Shown here in pieces: positions 34,025 to 43,682 of a DNA stretch of 64,000 nt. The stretch is from assembly GCA_041178325.1 (NCBI GenBank), contig JBEGVN010000014.1:12476-76475 (forward strand). Direction: 5' to 3'. Position 1 is the stretch's first letter. Every line of letters starts with the position of its first letter. The notes under the pieces were generated by a model that worked only from the letters and a program-made list of their open reading frames with translations, was not told the origin of the DNA and searched no databases. The translations under genes and the position numbers were made by a program. This stretch comes from Pseudomonadota bacterium. Its GTDB lineage: Bacteria > Pseudomonadota > Gammaproteobacteria > Methylococcales > Methylococcaceae.

Positions 34025-35530
34025 ATGCCAGCCTTGAAGACCCTCCAGCCGCTTCACCTTCTTCACACCTTTGCGTGTGAATGGGTACGCGTGTGTTGCG
34101 TGCTTCTTTTGGCATTTTCGGCATCTGTAGCCATGGCTGAATCGGCAGAGCCCGATGGCCGTGAACCCGACGAATTCGACTTCATGAATGTCCTTTCGGA
34201 CGAGGGGCTGCATGACCTGACCGATGAGCGCTGGAATGCCTATGGTCAGGCAACCTACATCTATAGCTGGAAACCCCGATTTCCTGCGCTCTACACCAAT
34301 TTGAACGGTACCCCGAACTCTTTGCTGCCGCAGGCTGAAACCAGCTTTACCGCGACGGCTACGGGTTTTTTTGGACTCAAGGCTTGGGATGGCGGGGAAA
34401 TCTACGCCGTGCCTGAGATGATTTCCGAGCGTGCGCTCTCCGATCTCAAGGGTTTGGGCAGTACGATTCAGAACTTCGAACTGCAGAAAACGGGGGGTGT
34501 GCAGCCCGTCATTTATCTCTCGCGTGTCTATTTTCGCCAGACCATTGGTCTTGGAGGCGACCGTTTGCCAGTGGAATCCGATCCGATGCAGCTCGGCACT
34601 ACCGTCGACAGCCGAAGACTGGTTTTCAATGTGGGCAATTTCAGCGCACTCGATATCTTTGACAAGAACAGCTTTTCGGGAGACCTGCGTCGCCAGTTCC
34701 TGAACATGGCCTTTCTGACCTATGCCGCCTACGATTTTGGTGCTGATGCCCGGGGATACAGCTGGGGTGGAACCGTTCAGTACATTCATGACGACTGGGC
34801 CATTCGTGCCGGACGTGTGATCGTTCCCTATCATCCGAATCAGTTGACCCTCGATTGGGATATTACGGAGTACTACAGTGACTCCTATGAGATCGAACAT
34901 TCCCATCTCATCGGTGATCAGCCCGGTGTTATCCGGATTCTCGGCTTTCGTAACCGGGAAAACATGGGTAACTTTCAGGATGCAGTGGCCTTGTACCAAC
35001 TCAATCCGGCGAAATACAACGCGACCACATGTACCTCCTGGAATTATGGAAATCCCAATCCCACCGCGCCGGACCTTTGCTGGGTCAGAAAGCCCAACAT
35101 CAAGATCGGTGTCGGGATCAACTTCGAGCAGCAGGTGATGGACGGCGTCGGGGTTTTCCTTCGCGGCATGTGGAACGATGGGGCGACGGAAGTCTATTCC
35201 TTTACCTCGACCGATCGCTCGTTGTCGCTGGGTACTCTGGTGAATGGCTGGCATTGGGGTCGTGAACGGGATCTCGCAGGTCTTGGCTACGGTCAGGGCT
35301 GGATTTCAAAGTCCCATGCAACCTACTTGGGGCTTGGCGGTATTGATGGATTTATCGGTGACGGTGCCATCAAATGGCGCTCAGAACACGTTGTCGATCT
35401 TTTCTACAGCCTCAATATCCTGAATCCGATGTGGGTGACGGCGGATTATCAGTACATTGCCAATCCGGCCTACAACCAGGATCGGGGACCTGTAAATATC
35501 TATTCACTCCGATTTCACACGGAGTTCTAG
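34025..35530 (+). CDS. OprB-family carbohydrate-selective porin
   Basis: Signal peptide, a beta-barrel pattern, and a C-terminal ...YSLRFHTEF. Confidence 0.8.
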   Translation: MPALKTLQPLHLLHTFACEWVRVCCVLLLAFSASVAMAESAEPDGREPDEFDFMNVLSDEGLHDLTDERWNAYGQATYIYSWKPRFPALYTNLNGTPNSLLPQAETSFTATATGFFGLKAWDGGEIYAVPEMISERALSDLKGLGSTIQNFELQKTGGVQPVIYLSRVYFRQTIGLGGDRLPVESDPMQLGTTVDSRRLVFNVGNFSALDIFDKNSFSGDLRRQFLNMAFLTYAAYDFGADARGYSWGGTVQYIHDDWAIRAGRVIVPYHPNQLTLDWDITEYYSDSYEIEHSHLIGDQPGVIRILGFRNRENMGNFQDAVALYQLNPAKYNATTCTSWNYGNPNPTAPDLCWVRKPNIKIGVGINFEQQVMDGVGVFLRGMWNDGATEVYSFTSTDRSLSLGTLVNGWHWGRERDLAGLGYGQGWISKSHATYLGLGGIDGFIGDGAIKWRSEHVVDLFYSLNILNPMWVTADYQYIANPAYNQDRGPVNIYSLRFHTEF

Positions 35531-35756
35531 CGATAAAAAACTGGCAGCATCCCCTTCGCCATGAGACTGAGGGAGCACAGAGCCTTAGGGATGTCGCCAG
35601 CGAAATGCGTCAGGTCTGGACGCCTGACGCATGAAGACTGACGCAGTTCTTGTGCCAATTTGACCCGCACGGCATGGGCGCCCTGCGGGCGAAGGAGGTG
35701 CTTCCTTGGCGTTTATGCACCAAAGCCACAACCAAAAAGGCTCATTTGAACCGCGA

Positions 35757-36224
35757 TCAGCGGTTGCAGCCAACGGGTTCGACGCTGGTCCCACCCAGTA
35801 CCGTGACACTCTTGTTGGAAGGGTCTCCTCCCATCACCGTCAATCCGTTGCTGGCAGCCGCAAGATGCGCCTTGCAGTGAGCCTTGATGGTCAAGCTGCC
35901 CATGACGTTGACGTTGGAGTTAAAGCAGTACCAGCCATTCGGGTTGAGTAGCTGCAGGGTCGATCCCCCCATGATGTTTACGCCCGTATCAATCAGGACG
36001 AGATCCGGCCCCTTGGTGACAGCGGTGTCATCGGTACTTTGACCAATACCGAAAACCTTGACCGAGGAGGAGAGCACACGATACTTGGGTTTACTGCCAA
36101 AGGGGTGTTCACCCCATGCCTTGAGGCAATTAGTAACCGCACCGTCATAGGTATCGGCATTGGCTACTGGCTGAAGGCTTCCCAGAACAAGAACCGTCAG
36201 AATGGAGAGTAGTGATTTAGGCAT
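35757..36224 (-). CDS. Exported hypothetical protein (signal peptide, several Cys, repeated V-x-V-MGG strands)
   Basis: MPKSLLSILTVLVLGSLQPVANA signal. No family recognised. Confidence 0.5.
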   Translation of the reverse strand: MPKSLLSILTVLVLGSLQPVANADTYDGAVTNCLKAWGEHPFGSKPKYRVLSSSVKVFGIGQSTDDTAVTKGPDLVLIDTGVNIMGGSTLQLLNPNGWYCFNSNVNVMGSLTIKAHCKAHLAAASNGLTVMGGDPSNKSVTVLGGTSVEPVGCNR

Positions 36225-36343
36225 CCGAAAAACTCGAAGAATGATGAACTGATCCGCTGAGCGTCCCTGGAGTTTGTCACAGGTCTTCCTGACCTTGAGT
36301 GAATTCCATTCTAGCGGGAAACGGGAGTGCAGCGGCTTGGCGT

Positions 36344-37012
36344 TCAGAAGGGTGCAGGGACATGAAGATCATGCCAAAGGTCATCCAAAGGATGCTGGAA
36401 ACCCAGCGTTTCAGCATGGAGCTTAAGCCGTTCACCCGGATCCTTGCCATAGATAGGATCCCCTAGGAGCGGGTGTCCGATAGCCTGAAGATGGGCTCGA
36501 AGCTGATGGGAGCGCCCGGTGATCGGCACCAGCTGCACGCGCGTGTGGGTTGATTCAGTTGCAAGAGCATGCCAGAGGGTCACGGCAATGCGTCCTTCCG
36601 GATGCGCTGCATACTGGGGAGGCTGATTTGCGATGCGCGCCAGGGGACAGACAATCGAACCGGAAAGACCTGAAAGCTGTCCAGAACACAGCCCAATGTA
36701 GTTTTTTTCAACCCGCCGGTTGGCAAAAGCCAGGCTCATGGCACGATGCATTTCAGGATTTAAGGCAAGCATCAGGAGGCCTGAGGTATCGCGATCCAGT
36801 CGATGGACCAACTCGGCCCAGGGATAGACCGCTCTGACCCGGGTCAATACCGAATCGGACAGGTTCGGGCCTTTACCTGGCTGACTGAGGAGGCCTGATG
36901 GTTTGTCGACGACCAGAATGCCAGCGTCTTCGAAAATCGATCGGATGCCCTTGAGGGTCTTCACCTTGGAACCCCCGAAGCCTAAGGCCCCGTCCTTTTT
37001 ATCGGGCTCCAT
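36344..37012 (-). CDS. RluA-family pseudouridine synthase
   Basis: VVDKPSGLLS, catalytic HRLDRDTSGLLMLA, GRSHQLRAH. Confidence 0.85.
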   Translation of the reverse strand: MEPDKKDGALGFGGSKVKTLKGIRSIFEDAGILVVDKPSGLLSQPGKGPNLSDSVLTRVRAVYPWAELVHRLDRDTSGLLMLALNPEMHRAMSLAFANRRVEKNYIGLCSGQLSGLSGSIVCPLARIANQPPQYAAHPEGRIAVTLWHALATESTHTRVQLVPITGRSHQLRAHLQAIGHPLLGDPIYGKDPGERLKLHAETLGFQHPLDDLWHDLHVPAPF

Positions 37013-37047
37013 GTAAAATCTTCCATTTGCGATCAAAGAGGGAGTTG

Positions 37048-37530
37048 ATGCTTGTGAATGCCATTCAAGATGCTTTGTCCTGGCTCAAGATTGTCGGTCG
37101 CGATGCACTTCGCCGCAAGACCGTCAGGTCGCTGCTGATTGTTATCGGCGTGGTTGTTACGAGCAGCGGTTTCATTCTCGCGCTAGTGGATCCTGGAATC
37201 CATTCTCCCCTGGCGGGCATCTGGTATTCCCTGGTTACGCTCGCGCATGTCGGCTACGGGGATATTGTTGCAACCTCTTTCATCGGCCGCGTTATTTCAG
37301 CTCTGCTGATTCTCTTTGGCATAGGTCTTTTTGCTTTGGCTGCCGGCATCTTTGCTTCTATCCTGGTGGTCCATGACCTTCGGGGCGAATCACATGAAGA
37401 AGGCCTGCTCGAGGAGGATCACGAAACGGCGGAACGCAAGATTCTTCTGGAACTCAGGTCCCTTAACCAGAAGATTGCAGGATTGGAAGCACAGCTGGGC
37501 AACGCCTCACGACGAACAGCCAAGAAATAG
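37048..37530 (+). CDS. Two-TM potassium channel family protein
   Basis: Selectivity filter TLAHVGYGD between two TM helices. The ATG at 37048 has a GAGGGA RBS. The track ORF starts at a TTG at 37027. Confidence 0.8.
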   Translation: MLVNAIQDALSWLKIVGRDALRRKTVRSLLIVIGVVVTSSGFILALVDPGIHSPLAGIWYSLVTLAHVGYGDIVATSFIGRVISALLILFGIGLFALAAGIFASILVVHDLRGESHEEGLLEEDHETAERKILLELRSLNQKIAGLEAQLGNASRRTAKK

Positions 37531-38115
37531 TTACCGAGGTGGCAGCGGAAGATTCTCTTGTCTTCCGTTGGTGTTGGTCTTGGAAGGGGGCAGTGGTATG
37601 CCTGTATTCGATGGTGGCAACGGAATACCGTTCGTCTCTGAAGCACCCGTAATCTCGCGAGGTGTTTGTGAAGAAGGGCGCGCAATCACACCTTGGACCG
37701 GGACTTGGTGACCGTGGCCATACATGCACTGGATGTAAGCATGATCGTAGCGTTGCTGGGCGGCATAACCTGCCTGATAACCCATTCCTGTGCCGATGGC
37801 GCTGCCGCCGATAAGGCCCGCACCCGCGCCAACGGCGGCGCCATATCCCCCTCCGATTGCGGCCCCTGAAGCCGCCCCCACTGCTGTTCCAACGACGGCT
37901 GCACCGGCCCCTGTCTCGACTGCGCTCGCCTGTGGTGTCGCCCCTGCCACCTGGGCCAGGGCATATTGACGGCAGAACCCATCATCCCGTGTAAAACGCG
38001 AAAAGTCCTGATGGGCTCCCGGAAGGACCAGGACGCTTGGACCGGTTGGAACGCCGCTGCAGCCGGACATCATCAAGCCTAAAGGGAGCAGCAAGGCAGT
38101 CTTTTTTTTCATCAT
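37531..38115 (-). CDS. Glycine-zipper lipoprotein
   Basis: MMKKKTALLLPLGLMMSGC lipobox and Gly-zipper GAAVVGTAVGAASGAAIGGGYGAAVGAGAGLIGGSAIG. ATGA overlap with the upstream stop. Confidence 0.75.
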   Translation of the reverse strand: MMKKKTALLLPLGLMMSGCSGVPTGPSVLVLPGAHQDFSRFTRDDGFCRQYALAQVAGATPQASAVETGAGAAVVGTAVGAASGAAIGGGYGAAVGAGAGLIGGSAIGTGMGYQAGYAAQQRYDHAYIQCMYGHGHQVPVQGVIARPSSQTPREITGASETNGIPLPPSNTGIPLPPSKTNTNGRQENLPLPPR

Positions 38116-38777
38116 TGCGATTTTTGTTGGCCAATCTCGGGTGTGACCTTTTCCCATGCTGTATCACAATGACGGACATAGGGGTAATACCCTTCGGGGG
38201 TATGGCATAAATACCAGCTGCCTTCCGTCTGTCCTTCGGGTGTCTGTGGAATCTCGGTCCAGCCGGAGGGACATAGCTTGACCGTCGGGTAGTAGCCATT
38301 GCTTTGAGGGCAAAAATGCCAGACCTTGGGGTATTGCCGAGTGGCCAATTCCTGAGGATTCCCCTCGGTTGGGTTCCCGGCGAGGGAAGGGTCCGAGTAG
38401 TAGGTTGAGGGTATGACCTCTTGAACTGCGGTATACCCATAATTCATGCCGTACCCGTACCATGGATAGCCCAGTCCGAAGCCGGGGACATAGCCGTAGG
38501 CGAAACCGGGATAGCCCACACCAAAGCCGACACCGTAGCCGTAGTAGGGCCATCCCCAGCCCCAGCCACCGCCCCAGTAGCCGCCACGCCAGCCGTAACC
38601 TCCCCAGTAGCCATGGTGACCACCCCAGCCTTGATGATGGCCCCAGCCGGGATGCCCGCCCCCCCAGTGCCCACCATGTCCGTAGCCTCCGTGTCCGCCA
38701 CGTGCGAAAGCCGCGGTCGGAATCAGCAGCAGGAGGCAAAGAACCGACAGGAATGCAGGCGATATCGATGTTTGCAT
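38112..38777 (-). CDS. Secreted protein with a ~90-aa Gly/His/Trp/Tyr-rich low-complexity tract and two C-terminal W-x-x-C..GYYP.V..C..W motifs
   Basis: Signal peptide ...IPTAAFA, then RGGHGGYGHGGHWGGGHPGWGHHQGWGGHHGYWGGYGWRGGYWGGGWGWGW.... C-terminal VWHFCPQSNGYYPTVKLCPSGW and SWYLCHTPEGYYPYVRHCDTAW. Confidence 0.7.
   Translation of the reverse strand: MQTSISPAFLSVLCLLLLIPTAAFARGGHGGYGHGGHWGGGHPGWGHHQGWGGHHGYWGGYGWRGGYWGGGWGWGWPYYGYGVGFGVGYPGFAYGYVPGFGLGYPWYGYGMNYGYTAVQEVIPSTYYSDPSLAGNPTEGNPQELATRQYPKVWHFCPQSNGYYPTVKLCPSGWTEIPQTPEGQTEGSWYLCHTPEGYYPYVRHCDTAWEKVTPEIGQQKSQ
38424..38699 (-). repeat. Low-complexity coding tract (G/H/W/Y/P/F only) with reiterated CCCCAGCC-like units on the plus strand
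   Basis: Read directly in the sequence and in the translation. Confidence 0.7.
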
Positions 38778-38786
38778 GCGATTACA

Positions 38787-39005
38787 TTACGTCTCGGATG
38801 AGGAAGTTCGGGCTGCGGCTGCTTCCGCATGGAAGCCTTCGATGATTTCGGCAACGTCACTCTCACAGCCCGCACAGCCCGAACAAACGCCCGTTGCATC
38901 GGAGAGGGCTTCAAGTGTCGTCAGTCCATCGCTGAATCGTTGCCGAAGTTTGGAAAGTCGAGTTCCGCTACACGGGCAAACGATGTCATTTTCCAGAAAG
39001 TCCAT
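38787..39005 (-). CDS. Bfd-like [2Fe-2S]-binding protein
   Basis: The Cys pattern VCPC ... GVCSGCAGC matches the BFD-like 2Fe-2S domain spacing. 72 aa. Confidence 0.7.
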   Translation of the reverse strand: MDFLENDIVCPCSGTRLSKLRQRFSDGLTTLEALSDATGVCSGCAGCESDVAEIIEGFHAEAAAARTSSSET

Positions 39006-39056
39006 GGCGATATTGAGAGAGGTATTGTCAGGATTTAAGCATCGACCAGTCAGGGT

Positions 39057-42000
39057 TCAATCACTGAAATATTCAACGCGAATGGGAACCGGACTTTTAT
39101 CACTCTGGAATTCGGCTTGTCGCAAGTAAATCGAGCCATCGTCGATATCGTAATCATGAACCAGGCGGTCGCGTATGGATTCTGCACGATCTTCAGCAAG
39201 GTCGAGCAGAAGATCGGGGCTGGTCCGCCACTCTTCAAGTGCATGTTGCCAGGCCCTATCAAAGGCAGGGGAGTCAGTTCTGTCCTCTTTTTCTTCGAGC
39301 GGCATCATTTCTTGCTTGTCGGGATGATGTTCCATGAAATACCGGGTGAATTGGCGCCGGATATCCTGTTCCGACAACTGGAGATCTTCCCGTGAAATGA
39401 CCGGTTTGCCGGCCAGTCGCATGTCATGGACATAAGCTTCCTTGAGTTCAAGCTTCAGTGCGTCATCGGCGAGCGCCATGCCATCGGTCTTTGGATTGGC
39501 ACTGGGCGTGATTTCAATGACGCCGCCGTCCTGATCCTTGAAGACGTCAATGACGCGTGCAAGGTTGCTCATGAACTTGGGATTGACCTCTCTTTGTCCA
39601 GGTTCAAAGGGAATCGACTTCTCTTCATGGGTGGTTGGAATCAGATCCTGAACCAGAGTTGCCGGAGTAGTGAATACCTTGCCAAAGAACTGGACCAGAG
39701 CTTCAGCATACAGAGTCCCAAGTTCATAGCTCGGGTTCTCGAGATCCCCGTAAATGGGAAGGTCGATGTCGAGGTTTCCCCGATTGTCTTTCAGCATCCA
39801 AAGGGCAAGGTCAACCAGAAGATGATGCGCATCTTCAATCTTTTCACCCAGTGTCAGTCGGTCAATGACCGCTCGGTTCTCCACTTCAATAGTCGATTGA
39901 TGGATCTGATAGTGAAGATCAAGATTCAGCTTGCCCCGGTTTACCCGATAGCCAGAGAAACGGCCTGCGTACTGCGGGAAGCTGGTCATGTTGAGACCGG
40001 TGAAGTCGAGGAGAAGATCGGTGTGATCCTGGTAATCCATGGGTTCCAGATCGCCGGATAGCCTGACTGGCGAGTTGCGGTTGATCTTCCCTGAAAGACT
40101 GACCTCGGCTTTGCCATCATGACGTGACGTAAGCCCTCGAAGGGTGCCGCTCAACTCCCTGACGGACGTTGATAGCTGAGGCTTGAAACCAAGATCACTG
40201 TAATCCACCCGACTGCCATGAAAACGCACCAGCCCAATGGCTGCATGGGGAGGCTCATGGTAGGGAGAGGGATCAAAATGCATGGCTTTGATTTCCGTCG
40301 GGACGATGGCCGGATCTTCAATTCGGAAGAGTTCGGCCAGATTGAGGTGGTGATCTGCCTTGAGGACCAAATGCAGATAGGCCTCCTCGAAGTCCATGAC
40401 GCGGGTAAAAAATCGTTTCGGATCACTGCTGATGGCCACATCATCCAGAGTGAGCTTCTTGACACTGATGATGTTTCGACCTGAGATCGGATCCCGCGTT
40501 TCTAGTTCATCGATATGGCCGTCGCCTTCAAATTCGAAGTGATGATGCTCACCTGGAATGATCCGAAGTTCCCCGGTGAAATTGGCATAGCCGCGCTTGA
40601 GGGCCAAGCGGCTTACGGCGTTCCAGTAGGGCGCAAGAATCGGCAGACGAAATCGTTGAAGGTCAATCCGAAAGACAGCGCTCAGAGGGCTGCGTGCCAT
40701 TCGACCGGAAATAGCAACACTGCCGCGTGATCCGATACGGGCGTTCGCAATGATGTCCGTATCATCATGGGCCCGGCTATCCAGGTCATCGGCACTGACA
40801 TTGAGATCCTTGAAATTGACTTGTGTCGGAGGTGTTGTCCCAAGATCCGTGAGATGGGCCCCGGAATGGGTGAGGGAGATGGCCTCGATCTCATAGGTCC
40901 AATGTTTTTTAGGGGCGGAAGAGGCACCCGATGTTCCCTGTTTTCCAAGACCCAAAGTCAGTCCTTTGAGCTCAAAGTGATTATCAGGATGGACGATCCA
41001 GTCCATTTTTGCACCCTCGACATGGACCTGATTGGCCCACCAATGGGTGCGGAGTGCATCGCTGTGATAGCCGTAAAGATTCAGTTCGTGGACCGCAATG
41101 GCAGGATGGCCGTCTTCCTTCACTTCCCCCTGACGACCGGTCAAACGTTTCATGTGTAATCGTTTGGTCAGGGTTTCAAAGTGGGCCTCCTCCGCATCAA
41201 GTTGTTCCATCGTGACTGCGGCCATCCTGGAATGATCGAGATGGGTGTGCTTTACACTGATGTCGTGATTCAACCGATCCCATTCGATTCCTTCGGCCCT
41301 GCCGCCAAGGGTTGTAAAAGTCTTGGTATGACTCTCCCCAAATGTGAGCTGTTCGAGTGCAATGCAATCATCCGATAGGGTGAGTCTGATGTTGAGGGCC
41401 TTGATATCGGTCAGGGTGCCAAACGCGCCGGAAAGTTCTTTTCCATGCCCCAGGGCCGCTGTCACCGTCCGCTCATGGGGATCAAAAACCACATCATCGA
41501 TGTGTATCATCGGCGCATTCATGCGAGGACCACTGATGCCATGAATGATGAGGTTGTCCAGACGGAATAGGTCATCCTCCCCTCGGGGGTGAAGCCCTTC
41601 GAGGATCAATTCGGCAACCTGCGTCTCGACGTAACTGAGCCCTGTGATCTGAATCGGATCAATGTCGTGGACTTTTGCCGTGTATTCACTGTCATAGGCG
41701 GGCGCGATAAGACGCTTGAGGTGCGCCTTGGGCGATGAAAGATCCAGGATTTCGATGGCTTCTGCGCGATAGTGATGCCGAGCTGGCTCTGCAGATAGGT
41801 GGCGACCGCTCAGCAAGGCCATGGTGAACTCGGTGGAGATTTCAGTCTGATGCCGCAGGCGAACCTCAGTTGCCTTGAAATGCTCAAGTGCTAACCGTGT
41901 GGGTTTGGTCATCCCCGGTTCAAACGCCATTTTGATGTGACCTGTGAATACCCCGGAAAGAGGCTGCCAGGGCAGCGTGCTCGGATAAAGATCCTTCCAG

Positions 42001-42653
42001 GCGGCCAACTGGGCATCCTCAAGATTCAAAGCAAGTTCTAGGGGGCTTGTGGCATCGTCGCGGTGAACCTGAAGACCATAGGATCCGTCTGAAGGATGTT
42101 GCCATCGAAGGTCGAGGTTCAATTCGCCTTTTCGGGGCCCACGTTCGAAGTGTCCCTTGATCGCATCCAGTTCGACCAGCACCTTGCCGGCATCGAGTTC
42201 ATGGATGACGCGCACATTCCCACCCGTAAAGCTTACTTTTCGTGGCAGGGGAAAAGAATGCTGCGGCGAATTCTCCGGGGGTAATACGATTTTCCCCAAA
42301 CGATAGCGACCATCAGCACCCTGCGTCATCCGAATGGAGGGCTTGACCAGTTCAACCCGGTACCGAGGTGCCCACCAGTGTTCATCACTCTGGCCTTCAT
42401 AGTGAACCTCGAGGCTTTCAGCGGATAGCGCAGTGCCAAGGTCATCACGCAGTCGAATCTTATAGATGATTGCCGCGTGGCGAAGGGGGTCGATGTGCCA
42501 GTGATCAAGATGGGCCGAAACACCCATGATATTTCCTACCGACCTTAGGATGAATTGCTCGCTTGCAATGGAGATACGGCTCCACAGCATCACGGCGGTG
42601 ATAAGGCCGATGATGATGACACCAACGAAATGCCATCTTTTCAGTGACCTCAC
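39057..42653 (-). CDS. Large envelope protein, DUF748/AsmA-like
   Basis: 1198 aa with a single N-terminal TM helix (HFVGVIIIGLITAVMLW) and a long repetitive beta-rich body. The GTG start overlaps the Rieske stop (GTGA). Family is from memory. Confidence 0.6.
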   Translation of the reverse strand: MRSLKRWHFVGVIIIGLITAVMLWSRISIASEQFILRSVGNIMGVSAHLDHWHIDPLRHAAIIYKIRLRDDLGTALSAESLEVHYEGQSDEHWWAPRYRVELVKPSIRMTQGADGRYRLGKIVLPPENSPQHSFPLPRKVSFTGGNVRVIHELDAGKVLVELDAIKGHFERGPRKGELNLDLRWQHPSDGSYGLQVHRDDATSPLELALNLEDAQLAAWKDLYPSTLPWQPLSGVFTGHIKMAFEPGMTKPTRLALEHFKATEVRLRHQTEISTEFTMALLSGRHLSAEPARHHYRAEAIEILDLSSPKAHLKRLIAPAYDSEYTAKVHDIDPIQITGLSYVETQVAELILEGLHPRGEDDLFRLDNLIIHGISGPRMNAPMIHIDDVVFDPHERTVTAALGHGKELSGAFGTLTDIKALNIRLTLSDDCIALEQLTFGESHTKTFTTLGGRAEGIEWDRLNHDISVKHTHLDHSRMAAVTMEQLDAEEAHFETLTKRLHMKRLTGRQGEVKEDGHPAIAVHELNLYGYHSDALRTHWWANQVHVEGAKMDWIVHPDNHFELKGLTLGLGKQGTSGASSAPKKHWTYEIEAISLTHSGAHLTDLGTTPPTQVNFKDLNVSADDLDSRAHDDTDIIANARIGSRGSVAISGRMARSPLSAVFRIDLQRFRLPILAPYWNAVSRLALKRGYANFTGELRIIPGEHHHFEFEGDGHIDELETRDPISGRNIISVKKLTLDDVAISSDPKRFFTRVMDFEEAYLHLVLKADHHLNLAELFRIEDPAIVPTEIKAMHFDPSPYHEPPHAAIGLVRFHGSRVDYSDLGFKPQLSTSVRELSGTLRGLTSRHDGKAEVSLSGKINRNSPVRLSGDLEPMDYQDHTDLLLDFTGLNMTSFPQYAGRFSGYRVNRGKLNLDLHYQIHQSTIEVENRAVIDRLTLGEKIEDAHHLLVDLALWMLKDNRGNLDIDLPIYGDLENPSYELGTLYAEALVQFFGKVFTTPATLVQDLIPTTHEEKSIPFEPGQREVNPKFMSNLARVIDVFKDQDGGVIEITPSANPKTDGMALADDALKLELKEAYVHDMRLAGKPVISREDLQLSEQDIRRQFTRYFMEHHPDKQEMMPLEEKEDRTDSPAFDRAWQHALEEWRTSPDLLLDLAEDRAESIRDRLVHDYDIDDGSIYLRQAEFQSDKSPVPIRVEYFSD

Positions 42654-43645
42654 GGTTTGCCCCCTTCGGTCGATGCTTCAAGGCGACGCCGCCACATTTT
42701 TCGGAATTGAACGATCGCGCGATCCGATGCAATGAGAATGTCCTCATGCGCATCGAGACTGCTTGGGGGAAGGATGGAGCGCACAACCCTCTCGTCTTCC
42801 CGGAGGATCCATCGATTGCTGATGGCGAGAAGGTGGCTGTAAAGGGCACCCAGAAAGGGTATGCGCACCTGATGGCAAGAGCGGATGTAAAACCGCGTTT
42901 TTCGGGGATTGACGGGAACGAACGCTACAAGAAGCCTGAGCTTTGGATGAATGCGCAATTGCCAGAGGCCTGGAAAGCGGTATTCGAGGTTGGGCGCCTG
43001 TCTTTCTGCAAGATCTTTCAACATATCAAGGGTTTTGGGAGGGTGGCCATCCTCTTTCCGATTGGTGACCCAGACCCGGATGGCCTCCGCATCGGACTCT
43101 ACATAAGGTCCATCCACCCGGGTTCGCCCGCCCGCCCCAATGCTGTTGCGATGGACGAAGGGAAGATGTGCCACATCCAGTTGATTTTCAATGGCTCGGG
43201 TCATGTGGACGTCCCAGTCACTTGAAATGTCGGATCCGCGCCACCTCTGATCCATGTCATTGAAGAGGGGTACCGGCGTTTCGTCAGGCGATGCATTGCC
43301 CCACCAGCCCCAAATCCAGCCCTGAACCTCCCTGAGCGGAATCGTTCTGAGCTTGAGCTTTGAGGCGATCTTGCCGCTTGGGCCCAAGGCCGGAATATGG
43401 GTGCAGTCCCCTTGCTCATTGAAGCAAAAGCCGTGGAAAGGGCATTGGACTTGACCATTACGGATCGATCCACTGGAGAGGGAGGCCCCAAGATGTGGGC
43501 AGCGATCGCTCGTCATCAACAAAGTGCCATCCGGCAGGCGACAGACCATCCAGATCTCTCCGAATCGCTCAAAGCGTTGTGGCCTCTTCGTGATTTCGCG
43601 GGTCAGAAAAAGGGGGTACCAAAGATTCCGGGGAAATTCGCTCAT
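42650..43645 (-). CDS. Rieske [2Fe-2S] non-haem-iron oxygenase (ring-hydroxylating alpha-subunit / PaO-like)
   Basis: Rieske CPHLGASL...CPFHGFCF and mononuclear iron motif DVAHLPFVH. MSEFPRNLWYP start at 43645. Confidence 0.85.
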   Translation of the reverse strand: MSEFPRNLWYPLFLTREITKRPQRFERFGEIWMVCRLPDGTLLMTSDRCPHLGASLSSGSIRNGQVQCPFHGFCFNEQGDCTHIPALGPSGKIASKLKLRTIPLREVQGWIWGWWGNASPDETPVPLFNDMDQRWRGSDISSDWDVHMTRAIENQLDVAHLPFVHRNSIGAGGRTRVDGPYVESDAEAIRVWVTNRKEDGHPPKTLDMLKDLAERQAPNLEYRFPGLWQLRIHPKLRLLVAFVPVNPRKTRFYIRSCHQVRIPFLGALYSHLLAISNRWILREDERVVRSILPPSSLDAHEDILIASDRAIVQFRKMWRRRLEASTEGGKP

Positions 43646-43682
43646 GGGCAATGGAGTTCGCCGTGGGATGTCTGTTTTTGAC

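Noticed and set aside
33950-35254. 434-aa minus-strand ORF covering most of the oprB-like gene
   Set aside because: It is antisense to a gene with clear porin features (signal peptide, C-terminal aromatic residue). Its own product is Arg/Gly/Val-rich with no recognisable motif, which is typical of a shadow ORF in GC-rich DNA.
35600-35660. Hairpin GCGTCAGG-tctggacg-CCTGACGC and reiterated TGACGCA downstream of the porin gene
   Set aside because: It is probably just a terminator-like stem between convergent genes. There is no U-tract and no second locus with the same motif to suggest a regulator site.
35757-36224. LLNPNG in the small exported protein resembles the TPS-domain NPNG motif of the haemagglutinin-like proteins
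   Set aside because: It is a single short match without the NLFxSFxxFN motif or the surrounding TPS context, so most likely coincidence.
38164-38845. Four overlapping ORFs in other frames across the GHWY-rich gene (Pro/Arg/Ser/Ala-rich products)
   Set aside because: Low-complexity DNA keeps several frames open. Only the 38112-38777 minus frame has a signal peptide, tight coupling to neighbours and a structured Cys motif.
38787-39056. Looked for Fur-box upstream of the Bfd-like gene, and for a Zur-box upstream of the ZIP transporter at 52654-52774
   Set aside because: No convincing match by eye to the GATAATGATAATCATTATC-type or Zur palindromes. This needs a matrix scan before any claim.
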